Source: Trichoplax sp. H2 (lineage: Eukaryota). Taken from it: a stretch of DNA of 64,000 nucleotides. Shown piece after piece: positions 12,590 through 25,889 of this stretch. A model generated the notes under the pieces. It saw only the letters and a program-made list of their open reading frames with translations. It did no database searches and had not been told where the DNA came from. The position numbers and the translations under genes are program-made. The DNA lies in assembly GCA_003344405.1 (NCBI GenBank), contig NOWV01000109.1, forward strand, positions 186,001 through 250,000, in the 5' to 3' direction. Numbering within the stretch: the first letter of the stretch is position 1; every line of letters starts with the position of its first letter.

Positions 12590-13130
12590 TCAAGACACTA
12601 TTTATTTCCAGCTTGAATTGCACGAGAAATGAATCCTGTCAAATATTTTATTGATTTCATTTCCTTCGTGCAAGACACCATTTATTTTCGACGGAACTCC
12701 CTATTCTTCGGATGGTCAGATACAGTCCGAAGAGTAAGGGATTCCTTTTCAACTTGAAGAATTGCACAAGAAATGAATCCAGCTAACCGTTCTATTGATT
12801 TCATTTCCTTCCTAATACCTAATTTTAACTTGAAGAACTGCACAAGAAATGAATTCTGCCAATATCTTTATTCATTTCATTTCCATCATGCTCAAGATAC
12901 TATTTACTTTAACTTGAAAACTGCACAAGAAAGAATTCTGCCAATCATTTTAATCACTTCATTTCCATCATGCTTAAGACACTATTTATTGTAACCTGAA
13001 AATTGCATGTGAAATGAATTCTGCCAACAGTTGTTTTATTATTTCATTTCCATTATGCTTAAAATACTATTGCAACTTGAAAATGGCACAAGAAATGAAT
13101 CCTGCCAACCGTTTTATCAACTCCATTTCT
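12590..13130. repeat. Degenerate ~75-80 bp minisatellite, about 6 units
   Basis: Repeated 'aacttgaa.aa.tgcacaagaaatgaat.ctgccaa...ttcatttcc.tcatgct.aaga.actatt'. Confidence 0.85.
12693..12745. mobile_element. 53-bp hairpin (mini-MITE-like) insertion inside a minisatellite unit
   Basis: Arms ggaactccctattcttcgga and tccgaagagtaagggattcc (16/20 complementary) around a 13-nt loop. Flanked by ttttcgac (12685-12692) and ttttcaac (12746-12753); absent from sister repeat units. Confidence 0.5.
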
Positions 13131-13759
13131 ATCTAGTCAAAACTGACACCCGTGGCAAGTGGAAGAATTGAGCGTTAAATAATCTTCAGGATGAATTATT
13201 TCATATTTTCATTATTGTATTTAAATAAATATAATCACATTAGGTCATTTAGAATCAGAGCATCAATATTGAGCTATCTATACTTTACTAATTAAATATC
13301 CAACACACATACTGCATACTGTATATATAATCGACCAAGAGTATAGGATACTGGAGGAGAATGGATAGTCCTAGATTGATTTAACTACGGTATTGATCCG
13401 GCAACGAACTAATTTCTTGGTTCTGGACCACCGTATTAGCAATCAATCTACTAGTTACTCATGAGTTATCGATCTCGATAGACGAGTTAACGACATATGC
13501 AAAATATAAGTAATAAATGTACGATCATGACTATCTGGTTGATTTAAGGACATGTTGTAAGGCCTATTGAGTTGCATTCTGTCGACAGCCAAGTAGCCTC
13601 GAAAGGAAGAAAGGATAACATTTTCTATCGTCCACTGAACGTGGATTCCAAGGGGCTAAAATTAAAATAAAAAACTCCGTCAGTTCATAGCTGTAAGCCT
13701 TTGCTCTACGCCGCTGGCATAACTAGTTTTATGGAAGATAGAACATTGTTTCATCTTAC

Positions 13760-16700
13760 CTTGCAATCATGACTGATTTGACAGTAATATTCAGATGGCA
13801 AGTTATACATTAATTCTCGCCAGTTATTTCCAATTTCAGTGAAATTTTTATTGGATTCAATGGCATAGCTCATATTATCATGGGTTAGTTTTCGAATTTT
13901 TCCCAAGAATGATTGACATTCTCGTTGGTTTCCAAATTTTCCTTCAGCAATCAAGCATATCATCAGTCTTGTTGTACACCATTCTTGACTTATATTATGG
14001 CAAGATTCGGGCAAATTTGTCGTTCTTTCCAAAGAGATATTAACAGGTTTGATGGTGACAGTAAGTTGATTATTTGCCTGTATACAATAGAGTTCAAGAA
14101 TAATTTATCACTATACTCATTTTTAGTCGTAGGCTTAAGTAAAATTGCTATATTTTACACCATCTTCACTATTCAACTTGGATTAATTATGTCGACTTAC
14201 CAAGTCTATGTTATAAGAACGTTCCAGATTAAAAAAAATGAATCAAGATTTAGATTGTGTGTAAACTTGATCTATACTTTATTTAGAGAAATAGGAATAC
14301 AAATTCGTAACTACGCACCTATATTGCAATTTTGACCTCCCCATCCTTGTTTACATCTATCACAAAGCCATAAAATGCGATAGAGAAAATCAAATTAAAT
14401 AGGTAATGACATGGTAAGAGGAGAGCAATATTAATGGATTCCCTTCCACTTACAGGCATTCATTTGGCGTGTTGCAGTAGCCATGAGTGGCATGGCAACC
14501 TTTACGGCATACAGCTAAGAATCAACAGTATGCAATGACAATAAATAGCATGACTGGTAGAAGAATAAAATGGATTCACTATCGCTAAGAAATCAACAGT
14601 ATGCTATTACAATTAATAACATGACCGACAGAAGAATAAAATAAGCCTAACAGGGTTCTAGCTTCGAATAAAACTGAATGAAAGTTGGAAACATGGTGCT
14701 TATTTACCTTGATTACAGTAGGGCCCTGTCCAACCAAAATTGCATCTGAAATAGTATCGTTAGAACGGTTAACTAAATAGATGAAACTTCTATCTAATTT
14801 TCAAGATTATAGCAATTATTTTCTGCTACTGTATAAAGGATTTTCTGACTAAAGTATACAGCAGTATATGGCTAATCACTTCAGATATTTATTATATTGC
14901 AAGTACTGTCACAATTTTAATATTTGGACAATAATCAAGCATTTTCTGCTAAGCTACAGCTACATTTTTAACATAGCTTATGCTACGCTATAACAGAATA
15001 TGTGGACTATGCATACGTATGTTAAAGACATTATTTTACATTAATACGGAAAATTGAAAATGATTTACCTGCATTCAAAAGGTCTATGACAATAACCTTG
15101 GTAAGGACTACAGCCTCTGCGACAAATAGCTGATTAATATCGGATATAGTTTAATAAGTCAAGTTGTTGGCAATAATCTTACTCTTCTTATCTGCTTAAT
15201 TCTACTCCATGATGCAATGAAATTGGACGAGATGATTGAATTGTAGCCTAATATCTAATACTTACGGATAATACAATTTTTTCCAGACCAACCACGATGA
15301 CACCTGTAAACAGAACGATATTTTAAAATTTATTCTGCATTATAAACGATAAAAATATCATGACAAGAACAAATACTAAATCAAAACTAAAGTAATATGA
15401 TGAATAGCCATGAAAATAACGACCTGAAAATACATTGTATCCGCATTGATTTAAATTTCTCCTAGATTAGATGCCGGCTATGAATACTAACCTGCATTCG
15501 TTAGGTTGATTGCAATAACCATTTCGTGGATGGCAAGTTGGACTACAGATAGCTAAAATATAGTTTTTTGGGGATTAAAGTAAGTGATAATTACAACTTA
15601 CATTTACAAAACGAAATTAAACCTATTCATAACGATCATACGTATAGATGGAATGCAATGATATTTTATATATACTGTTTATCAAAGTTGTGAATCTGAT
15701 CCAATCTTAAATATTATTTTATATGGTATTTATATTAGATCAAGATAATTATGACTATGTTGGGTTTATTGTAAATTTAAGTAGAGTATAATCGCTTTTA
15801 ATCCTTTACTTATTACTCTAAATTCTTCGTCGTAACTGAATTTAAGAGAATACAATTTTGATATAAATTTGGATAATTTACTTTACTATTGAATAAAATT
15901 ACAAATTATCATATGGCATTTAAATATCACTGCTAAATGAATTCTTGATCAAAATTAAAGCAATTTTCTGTATAATTTCAATAATTTGCATATTATTCGA
16001 CTGAGATTGCCAATTTTTATATTGTGTTAAAATTTCGTTGCTAAATTAGTTCAAGAAACCGTATTGTCACGTAATTAAACAATAATTTACAAAGATTTTT
16101 AACCATACTAATTAATTTTCAATTGAATCATAAGGGAAACATAGGCCTATGTTTTATCAATTGATAAATAGGTATTTACCTTGATCACAAAGGTGTCCTT
16201 GCCAACCTAACTGACACCTATAAATAAATGAATACTAGCTATAATATCATTCCCAAGACAGTTAAACTAGGACTTTATATATCGCAAATGGACAGATATT
16301 AATATAACCTGGTTGTATATTTATTAGGAATTAAATGATAATTAAAATAATTGATGTTTATGTAATATAAACGAATCTAATTTAACTTACAAGCACTCAT
16401 TCGGCCCGTTGCAGTATCCATGCCTTAAGTTACATCCAGGTAAGCAAATTGCTAATATTAATAAAATCTCATTATTAGGATTGAGAAGATTCAGGATTAG
16501 GAGAAAAAATTTCCAATCTATACCAGGTAATTCGACTATAAATTATTTTATAGGACTAATTCTATTAAGCAAAACAAATTCAAGATATTCCTTTTAATTA
16601 ACTACAGCTGCCGTATTGCTAGCAGATAATAGCAGTTCACCTGCAATTGGAGAATTGCAATTCATTAATGTTAACAATATGAGTTACAATAATATTTACC

Positions 16701-19204
16701 TTGATTGCAATAAGGTCCACGCCAGCCATGACTACAAATTACATTAACATCATAAAAGAGTTTAGTATGACTTCCTTGTATATAGTGTGAACGGCGGCCA
16801 GGTTGCAATTGCGAAGAACCATACAGACGGTCAACATAATCATCCAGTGTAACGGCATCTTCATCAAACACGTTAACATACAGAAGTAATGGTTCCTTTG
16901 ATTGTAGAAGAAAATTTAAAGTTACTTCATCGCTAAAAGATTACCACAGCCTACTTATCCATACGAGCTTAAATATAATACAATAAACAACCTTCTAGTT
17001 CTAACATTCCATTAATTGTATTTATACATTGTTGGCCAATTATAACTCTAGAACAATTAAGTTCAAAGATTTAAATGCTACTGCAATCTTAATTAATCAG
17101 TACATGAAGGGTAGATTGACGTATTATCTTTCTTCTAAATTTGCTATCAAAATCTGATACTATAGATAGACTATGTCAACTATCCACCTAAATTTAATTT
17201 CATAATTAATATAATTAGCTCATTTAACCAAATATCTTATTTTGAAGCTAAAACTGGAAAGAATAGATCGTGTAATTAATATCACTATTGATATAGAATT
17301 GCAATTGAATCGCCATAACACATAGCAGATTCTGAATATATCTTGAGTCAACGAATGAATTATCTACTAACTCTATCTAACGTTAGACTTTAATAATGTG
17401 GAGAATAAACCTGATTTTAAAATAGCTGATGCGTTAACTATGTCATTCATTGCGTAATACGTTAATTAATAAACTGTATATATTTCGAATTCAAATTTTA
17501 CTACGTGCATTGGATAGTAATATAGCGTATCATACCGTTAGTTCTGTTAGAGTTAATTCAATCGATATCTTAGGATTGAAATAGAAGCTATCGGCGGCAT
17601 TCTTGTACTGGCCGTATGAGTGCTTGTAGTATCGGCAATTTAGATTTCTAGTTCCTAAGCAGAGGTTAAAACGATAATCGCACCCTCCACCAAACCAGCC
17701 ATCACAGTTTTTACGTTGAAAATTTTTACTACCAGGATTTTCATATCGTATTAATCGGACGATGACACGATGTCTTGGCATGACTGTAAAGGCATTATAC
17801 CCCTATAATAGAAACATCAAATGTAGCTCTTGAATATATTATATCTTAACGCGTAATGTGAAGCTCTATGATAATTATGATTGTCTTAATCGATGTGAGA
17901 AACGTTAAATTTATATTAGCGTATGTTGTTTCTTCTACATACGTATACTTCTGCAATAGTGACATCATTAAATGTCTTACCAGAATACAGATTACTAGCC
18001 ACTATTTTTATGGATATGATAAATATTGCACAAAAGATATAGGTGTGCACAGAAGTAGGATGAGAGGTTTAAATATCTTAAGCCATCGAATCCCATCCCC
18101 AAAGCGGATGCTATCGGAATTTTTAAAGATTTTATTAGAGGTATAAAGATCGAAATATCGGCATATAGACAGTATATAGGGGTATTCGACAATCTTTATG
18201 TTTTTAATCGGACTGTCAGACAGTAAAATCATTTACTTATATAATTCAGGATTCTTCTAGAATGAACAAGCATCGAGTCATTTTAAATTAGACATAAGAG
18301 CTACTGCGATTATGTCAAGATCATCACGATTCGATATTATTTATTAGTCGTGGTTTATAAAATACTACCTATAAGAATGATTATATCAATTTAATAAATA
18401 CTGTATATAATTCTAAACCTAAGATCAAAATAATGTATAATTTATGAGTATATTACGAAGGTATAAAGGGATAAATGCTGATTAATTCTAGATTTCATTG
18501 ACATAATTTTCGATATCAATAGTATTAAATTTACTCGTTTACTTAATAGCTATTAAGAAAGGTTACAGAAAGTCTAACTAATTTACTACTCACTCGCTCA
18601 CATTATTACATCATTGTAAGCGAGATATGACCAAACTTGACTTAATAAAATTACAAGATGCGTCAAAAGCATGACATAAAGTTTCGATATCAGTAGCGTT
18701 GGATTTACTCGTTTTACTTAATAGCTATAGAGGAGAGTTTCGAAATAGTCTACCTAATTAACTACTCATTCATTCACATTGTTACGTCGTTGTAAGCTAG
18801 ATACAACCAAGCTTGACTTCATAAAACTACAAAAGTGAGTTAATAGTATGCGATAAAGTTGTTAAAGTTTCCCTAACTTGAAGGCACTATTATTTAATAT
18901 TGGATGCTTTTTCAATTTGATTTCCTAATAAAAATATCAAGAACTTTTACAAGCCATGGAGGTGAAAAAATACCGTGACTTGCCCCGTTATTAAAAGTAG
19001 AAAATGACTGGTAGTCAGAGATAGAAATATCACAACGAAAATAATTGTAGTAATATTACTACTTCAAGTCAAACTTTGTACCAATGCAGTTAAGTCGAAC
19101 TAAAATCGGTTGAAAACTATGGAATTGCTTTAGAATCAGATTTTAATACTTACTTGACAAAATATAGCCATAAGCAATAAGATTATGTGAGTAGTTGATG
19201 CCAT
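13760..19204 (-). CDS. Delta/Notch-ligand-like protein: signal peptide, MNNL/C2 domain, truncated DSL, 4 EGF repeats; 3' end uncertain
   Basis: Exon 19154-19204 MASTTHIILLLMAIFCQ (signal peptide). Exon ~17536-17802 ...VRLIRYENPGSKNFQRKNCDGWFGGGCDYRFNLCL (MNNL-like). Exon ~16700-16897 ...FYDVNVICSHGWRGPYCNQ. Four EGF exon pairs: AICLPGCNLRHGYCNGPNEC/CQLGWQGHLCDQ, AICSPTCHPRNGYCNQPNEC/CHRGWSGKNC, AICRRGCSPYQGYCHRPFEC/CNFGWTGPYCNQ, AVCRKGCHATHGYCNTPNEC/CKQGWGGQNCNI. Splice phases are consistent down to 14319; the exons below that are tentative. Confidence 0.85.
18500..18832. repeat. ~160 bp direct repeat (2 copies) in intron 1 of the Delta-like gene
   Basis: 18500-18657 and 18672-18832 share 'tgacataa..ttcgatatca.tag...atttactcgttt..acttaatagctat...ttgtaagc.agata...ccaa.cttgactt.ataaaa.tacaa'. 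Confidence 0.85.
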
Positions 19205-22200
19205 TGCTATAATCTTGATGGTAGCTGCAACTGAGTATCTTTGTCGTTAGAGACTATTCAATATATAGCAGAGACTTTAAGAATAGACTCTAATAAACGA
19301 TGATGCGATTTCTATATACGAGTACATGTACGTATATACTTTATTTATTTATCATGGCCAAAGTAAATAAAAAATAAATGTATTTTAGTAAATTGCTAAT
19401 CAGTAACGTATGGATTCAATACAAGTAACCAATGATAGATTACATGATTATTTTATGAATTACGAATTAAGAAAATGATGCAGAATGATGATATGAGCCC
19501 TGTGGATGGAACCTGATTGCAAAGAATCATGTTTATATTATGTCAGTAGAATAATTTTTATATACAAATTACAGACATTATGTATAGTCAACAATCAAAA
19601 TTTATTATTTCTTTAATTACACCATTATAAAATCTTTGTCTTTATCAATTTACTCTAATATGCCATTATTAAGTTGAAATCATTATATACCGTACTTCTA
19701 ATCCTTGTATTATACACTCCGAAATAGAAAATGCCAATATTTTTCTTTGGGGCATTGTTCAGTCTTGTTTACTCCTATCGAAATTAAAATTGAATTATGA
19801 TTAATTAGTTAAAAGCACGCCGCATTTAATTACGATTTATTTTGCAAATTTGTTTTATTTTCTACTTCGAGATGATAATTTGCTGCGTTGGCATCTAAAA
19901 TTAGTTATTATAAATGACTCATCTTACCTAGATATATCTACACACTTATTATTATTGCGTTTGAATTTTAATTAAGCAAAAACACTTTATAATTGAAATG
20001 TTTAGTTTTCAAGCGCAATTGGCACTAAATTTATAATTTCAATTTAAATTAAGACAAATTATAAATTTTAACTATTTACATTCATAATCATACTAGTATG
20101 TTACACATTAATGATTTTCCAACTCTAATTCACGTGTTAATATGGTTTATGGCATACAGAAGATAGCACCATTTTGATTATCTTCTTACTATCATTGATT
20201 TCCGAAGGATTAGAGTAATTCCAAATTACGGTCATAGATTAACCACGGATATTTATATACATAGGCTGCCCACATTAATCTATTTTTTTGGACCATTAGA
20301 GATAGCAATTTCTATCTGGACTTGATAGATTCGAGTTATCATTATAGAATTTTATAGATACTACGACAAAAACTTATAAAACGATATTCATTAGCTTGTA
20401 ACCGTTATAAAATAAAAGATTCTGTCTATCGACCTACTATGATACTATAAACAACGAAAGTACTTTAATAACTATGCGGAATTGCAAATCACTTCCGGGC
20501 TAAAAAAATGGGTAGGCAATTGTAGCGTACATTAGATTTGTTATGAATACGATATCCAGAACCTACCTCAATTACTTATTTTCAGTTTTTATAAACCTTT
20601 TGGATTATGCTATAAATTCATCAAGGACATGATGTACTTCTGATCATTCTATAATTCACTTTTTTCAAATGTAAAATAATCTATCGGATGCAATAAAATT
20701 GATTCAAGATAACTGTAAGCTTACTATTAATACTATACAAATCCATATTATAGTTTGTCCTTAATAAAGTATAGTATTTCTGGCTTTATTAACTTAATCC
20801 ATGATGATTATATTTTACTACAGATATCATAAAATGCCACGAATTCGCATCAGCAATAATTATAATTATTCTTTGTATATTTTGAAATAATCTTGGCTAA
20901 CTAACTTAATTCTAGATATTAATAGATTTGCCCTGGATACCACAAACACAGGCAGCCCACGTCATTGGTATTTCTTTAGATATTGTAAATAATATTTTCT
21001 AGTTAAACTAAATACACTTGAGATTACACTTCTAGACTTGTCATAGGTACTGCAACCATTAACACTTCGCCTTGATTAAGTTTTCTGACCTTTTAAAATG
21101 ATATTCATACTGGTACTAATTAAATTGACTAGAGATTACAGCTATAAATTCGCCATGGAGACTATATATACTGGTAACTCCTATTAATAATACCTTATGT
21201 AAGAAATCATAAAATGTTCTATTTTCTATATTAGTAGAGTTTATTTCACACTATAACTACTGACATAATTTTATTGCCAAAGCCAAGGGTACCGAAAACT
21301 CGAATAGCATTCCTTCAGTACTCTAAAACGAATTATTCCTATTAAAGTATTCTAATTCGAGATTGTAGTTCTAGATTTGTAATAAATATTGTACATATTG
21401 AAAGCTCAGGCTAATTTCCTTTGTAAATGTTGCTATAAAAATAGTCTTTAGGGATTAAATTGATTTGAATTGTCAATATAAATTTATTATAAACTACAAT
21501 CGACAGCCCCAATCATTGATGTAAGTTCAGATATTTTAAATTGTCTTCATAAATAAACAGATTCGTCCAAGATTTCTAGCAGTTTACTTCCTATAAATAT
21601 CTTCTTCTTTATTGATAGAATATGCAAATGGGATTTTTGCCTATTAAACATTGCAGACAAAATCATGATAATTGATTGTGGTGATTGTCATTATATTAAT
21701 TTTGATTTTTATAATATATTTACTAGGTTTTAATCTAACTCAGACATCTTTATCTTGACTTTATTAATTAATTAAGTAATCAATCGATATTAATTCATTA
21801 AACAAATTTTTTACATAATTTTATTCGATGAGTCAAGGGTGAGCAATTTTAAATTCTAGATATAGCGGAAAGGACTAGCTTCGTATTTTCCTGTTAATAG
21901 TTTATAACAGGACCCACAGAGTAAGAAACCAGATAGTACTTCTTGCTGTTATTAAGAAACTAGACATAAACGAAAAATATTTTATAGGAATATTAATATA
22001 GCAATTGACCCTTGAGATAACTTTAAAATGATTTAGTCAACAGTCAATTCTAGTTATTATAGCAGCTATTCGATAGTTATGAATGATTTCCTTGGCTGTA
22101 ATGTCCATATTCAGAATCTAGAATTGGATAAGCTTTAAAAATTCCATTAGAAAGAGTTATGAGATGGTTTGAAGTGATTCATGCTTCACATCAAGTTATG

Positions 22201-23704
22201 TAAAACATCTTGCTACTGTTAAATTTAAATAATTAATGGAAGCGTATCCCAATATTAAATGAATAAAGAACTATGACATAATTTTATTTTGACAGTAGAA
22301 TTGGTAGCTAACTGTGTGGGTAACGATAGCTGTAGATTTTGATTTTATCTTTTATTTATTTAAGGCTGGAAAATCAAGTCTGGATTAATAAATACTACAC
22401 CTGTTGTCTAGTGAGAACGTTGAGTGATCATGAACAATGGCGATTGATTTCCTGGATAACGATCTTCAGGTTGATCCTATTGAAACGGAGTCCAAAGGTA
22501 GCAGCTGTTACTTGGCATACGTTGCAATTAAGAAAAGCTTTTGTAAGAAACATTGATAATAATGACGATAACTAGACTAGGAGAGTAATAACGAATCAAT
22601 AGTTTTACTTTATTCACTGCAGATACTCGGATATTTATATATCTGCCTTATAATCCACTATATGATTTTGCATCCAGTAGTAGTTTAGACTGATGTTAAT
22701 TATTGATTGCTTATTCGCTTTTCTATCATACAAATTACACTAGAATAGACTCGTGTCTGATTTTCAATTGAAATACATAATATGCATTACGTTTATAAAG
22801 ATTTTTCTCGTCGATACTGAACGCGATTAACTGCAATGCTAACGCAGTCGCATTTATCTTACTCATAATGTAATTGCTAAAGTGTGTAATTTTATAGTAT
22901 TATTCTTTTTCTATAATAAAAAACACTCAAATCAGATATCTAATTCTAAAATACGAGACTATATCGCCTGCTTTAATAAAATATACTTTCGATCTACTAA
23001 AAATATTTTTCCTGCTTCAATGATAATTATAGGTTATAAACGCTAGAATAAAGTTTACAGATATCTTTGATCCTAACATACAATACAATGTGCGCTTTTA
23101 GCCCTAGATGGTATCCGAGGAATAAAGCAACAGCGGTGCATATATGTTAGAGTGCAAGCCCTTAAAATAGGAAATATTGTCATGATCCTATTCTAGCACA
23201 TCGGTACCACTCTACGTCATTAGCAAACCTTTCATATTAGTGGTGGTAAAAGTTGTTAATCATGCAAAATATCGAGCACAGATGGAAGAAATACTTAGAG
23301 GACTGGCGCATGTTGCGCAATTGGAGCTAAAAGTATCTGTGAATATATTGGGCGGAAAATAGGTCATGCTATTCTTGCTATATTCCGATGCATTTAGCAC
23401 AGGTCCACGGTATTTGACAGATATGTGGATAAGCCCGTGAAAGTTGTTTGATATGTAAAGCGTTGATAACAGATCGGGAAAATTTCCAGGGCCATTGTAT
23501 GTTATCTATTTTCAGATTAATAATATCAGCGATTATATTCTAGTAGTGATAACCTTGCCTTGAGGGTAAATTGATGGCATTATGATGATTTTAACCTAAT
23601 TCATAGCGCCCCATCTCGACGGCATTAGTTTTTATTAGGAATATGCCTGTCAATAAACTCCTGTATCTACGCGTAGTTTTATCATATAATTTAATGTAAT
23701 TGAT

Positions 23705-24050
23705 CTAGGAAATTCTCATAGGCTGAGGTGTGTTGCACAGTTGGATTAAGACGATTCCGCTGTATTACAGACATTCTGTAAGAAAAATTACTTTATGAGC
23801 TTATTGATATGTTTAACAAATTGCTCATGCTGATCGAATTGGATGCCTGTAAATATACTTCTCCATATAGTTTGATCATGTCAATAATTCTTATAATAGA
23901 TGAAGGCAATTCTTATAGAGCTAAGGTATGTTGCACAGCTGGATTAAGAGAATTCCGCTCTATTACAACCATTCTATATGATTAACTCCTTTTATTACGA
24001 GCTTATTGATATATTTGGCAAATGCTAATGCCGATGGGATTGGATGGATT
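23705..24050. repeat. ~200 bp degenerate direct repeat, with related partial copies
   Basis: 'aattct.atag.gct.aggt.tgttgcacag.tggattaaga..attccgct.tattaca...gagcttattgatat' at ~23712 and ~23909. Partial copy at ~23300 and an inverted core (atccaactgtgcaacata) at ~24142. Confidence 0.75.
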
Positions 24051-24844
24051 AGAATAGGATTGAAACACCGTAATAGAACGCGTTTTCTTACCTATCATAA
24101 GGTCATGTACTACCAGGATAGATTCACAGATGTTTCTATAAATCCAACTGTGCAACATATGGCAATTGCTTAAAAGTTTGCCCCGATCTATTACTAATAA
24201 TTGATTGCTTAAGGAAGTTTTTATGGCTAAATAAAGAATTGAACGTGTCTGGCCATGTTGATTTCTTGAGTATACTATCTAGAACATGGTATTTTAGCTG
24301 TAGTAAGCTATAGATGACCTTGCTCACTTTGATGTTTGTATGCTACGATCTCTGTCTTCAGATAGTCTACTATGTATTGTATTGCTTGAGAGCATATCGA
24401 TAGGTACTGAAACACTCCAATCCCAATAGTCTACAGTATCAAACAATTGACCTATCGGTCATGCTCTTTCTTCTTTTCTTTTTCATATAAAGTGTTATAT
24501 TATTTGACCCATTTCAAGCAGTATCTTAAAATACTATAGCAAAAACCTAATGACCAGAAGGATCGAATAAGCCTTAATAAAGCTGCGAGCTCGTCGTTAA
24601 CGATCAATTTCAAATCCTTTCTCGCAAAATAAGGTAGAAACAAATCATCCATTGGATCTATCAAGAGTCCAATAACAGCTATTGGTCGTTGTTTATCAAC
24701 AAATTCAATGCTGTAGTGGTAAGTACAATCTAAATTAGAATGACCATTGAAACAAGGACGTTAAGATCATGTTTGCAATGGCTGGATTGCAGAGTATGCT
24801 GATGGCAAGTTGAGAGTTGCATAATTCCCTTGGTCTATCCTCGA

Positions 24845-25280
24845 AAGAGCTATTCAATAATTTATTAGGAGGAAGCTACAATCTCCTGTATCTCATCATC
24901 GACGTATTAGAGACCTTGATAACTTTCATTAATAGCCAAGACAGTATCTTAACAGGCAATTTGAGACCAATCCATCTCTATGTCTATTACCTTACAGTAT
25001 AGCGTAGGTGTTATCCTTGATTGTAGGATATTATGAAGAAGCCTTAACGAATTCGACGAGCTCTTAATTCTCCTGTTTCTCTGCATGACGTATTTAGGAC
25101 ATTGATGGCTTTTATTAATAGCCAAGACAGCATGATAACTGACAATTCTAGGTGAATTCATTTCTATATCTATTACCCTATAAGGCGTTATCCTTGATTG
25201 TAGACGATTTGTGAAGAAGCCTTCTCGAATAGGACGAGCTCTTGACACTCCTATATCTCATCATCGACGCATTCGAGACC
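24845..25280. repeat. ~180 bp degenerate tandem repeat (2-3 copies)
   Basis: 'ctcctgtatctcatcatcgacgtatt.gagaccttgat..ctttcattaa(tagccaagacag)' recurs at ~24883, ~25070 and ~25248; 'ttatccttgattgtag...gaagaagcctt' occurs twice. Confidence 0.8.
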
Positions 25281-25889
25281 TTGATCGCTTTCATTAAGAA
25301 TTGTAATCAATCATGATAGTCAAGGAGGAATCCATACGATAGTTGAGCTTACCAATAAGCAATAGACGATAGCGAGCTATTAACTTCATACAGTACTTAC
25401 ACAAGGTTTAGTTGCTATCTATAAAGAGACTGCAATTGATACTCGGAAGGAGATAGCAACTGTAAGTAGCGCGATTAAGTTACCCTAGTCAGTTGATCTC
25501 ATCGATTGCTTTCATCGCCTTAATTATGCTGGCTTTATTGACAAGTTTCCCGTTCCACGATTAGAGATTCGTAGCTATCTGTAAAGAAATTATAATTGAT
25601 GCTCGTAAGGGGATAGCAACTGATTATAATAGCTAATTACTGTGTAGTGAAACGTTATTAAGATCGCTAAAGTTAGTTTTACTAATAGACTGACACTGAC
25701 TAATAGAGTTCTCATCTTGACGGAATTGGCGATACTTTTAATGGTTTAGAATTCATTCACGACTTCAATTTCTTGCAGAAAGTAGATATGACATCTTTCT
25801 TACACGGTTTAATTTTGAAAATGACGTTTGATTTGTTAACATAAGGTATTACAATTGATAAGCCATTATTACGGATAACGAAATGAAAA

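Noticed and set aside
12693-12745. Hammerhead ribozyme in the hairpin (also considered for 52679-52987)
   Set aside because: No intact CUGANGA...GAAA core with the required stems on either strand.
12590-13130. Repeat array as a CRISPR-like array
   Set aside because: Units are degenerate along their whole length with no unique spacers; eukaryotic context and no cas genes.
13913-14335. 140-aa plus-strand ORF
   Set aside because: It is antisense to the Delta-like exons and introns, starts at TTG, and has a composition typical of a chance AT-rich ORF.
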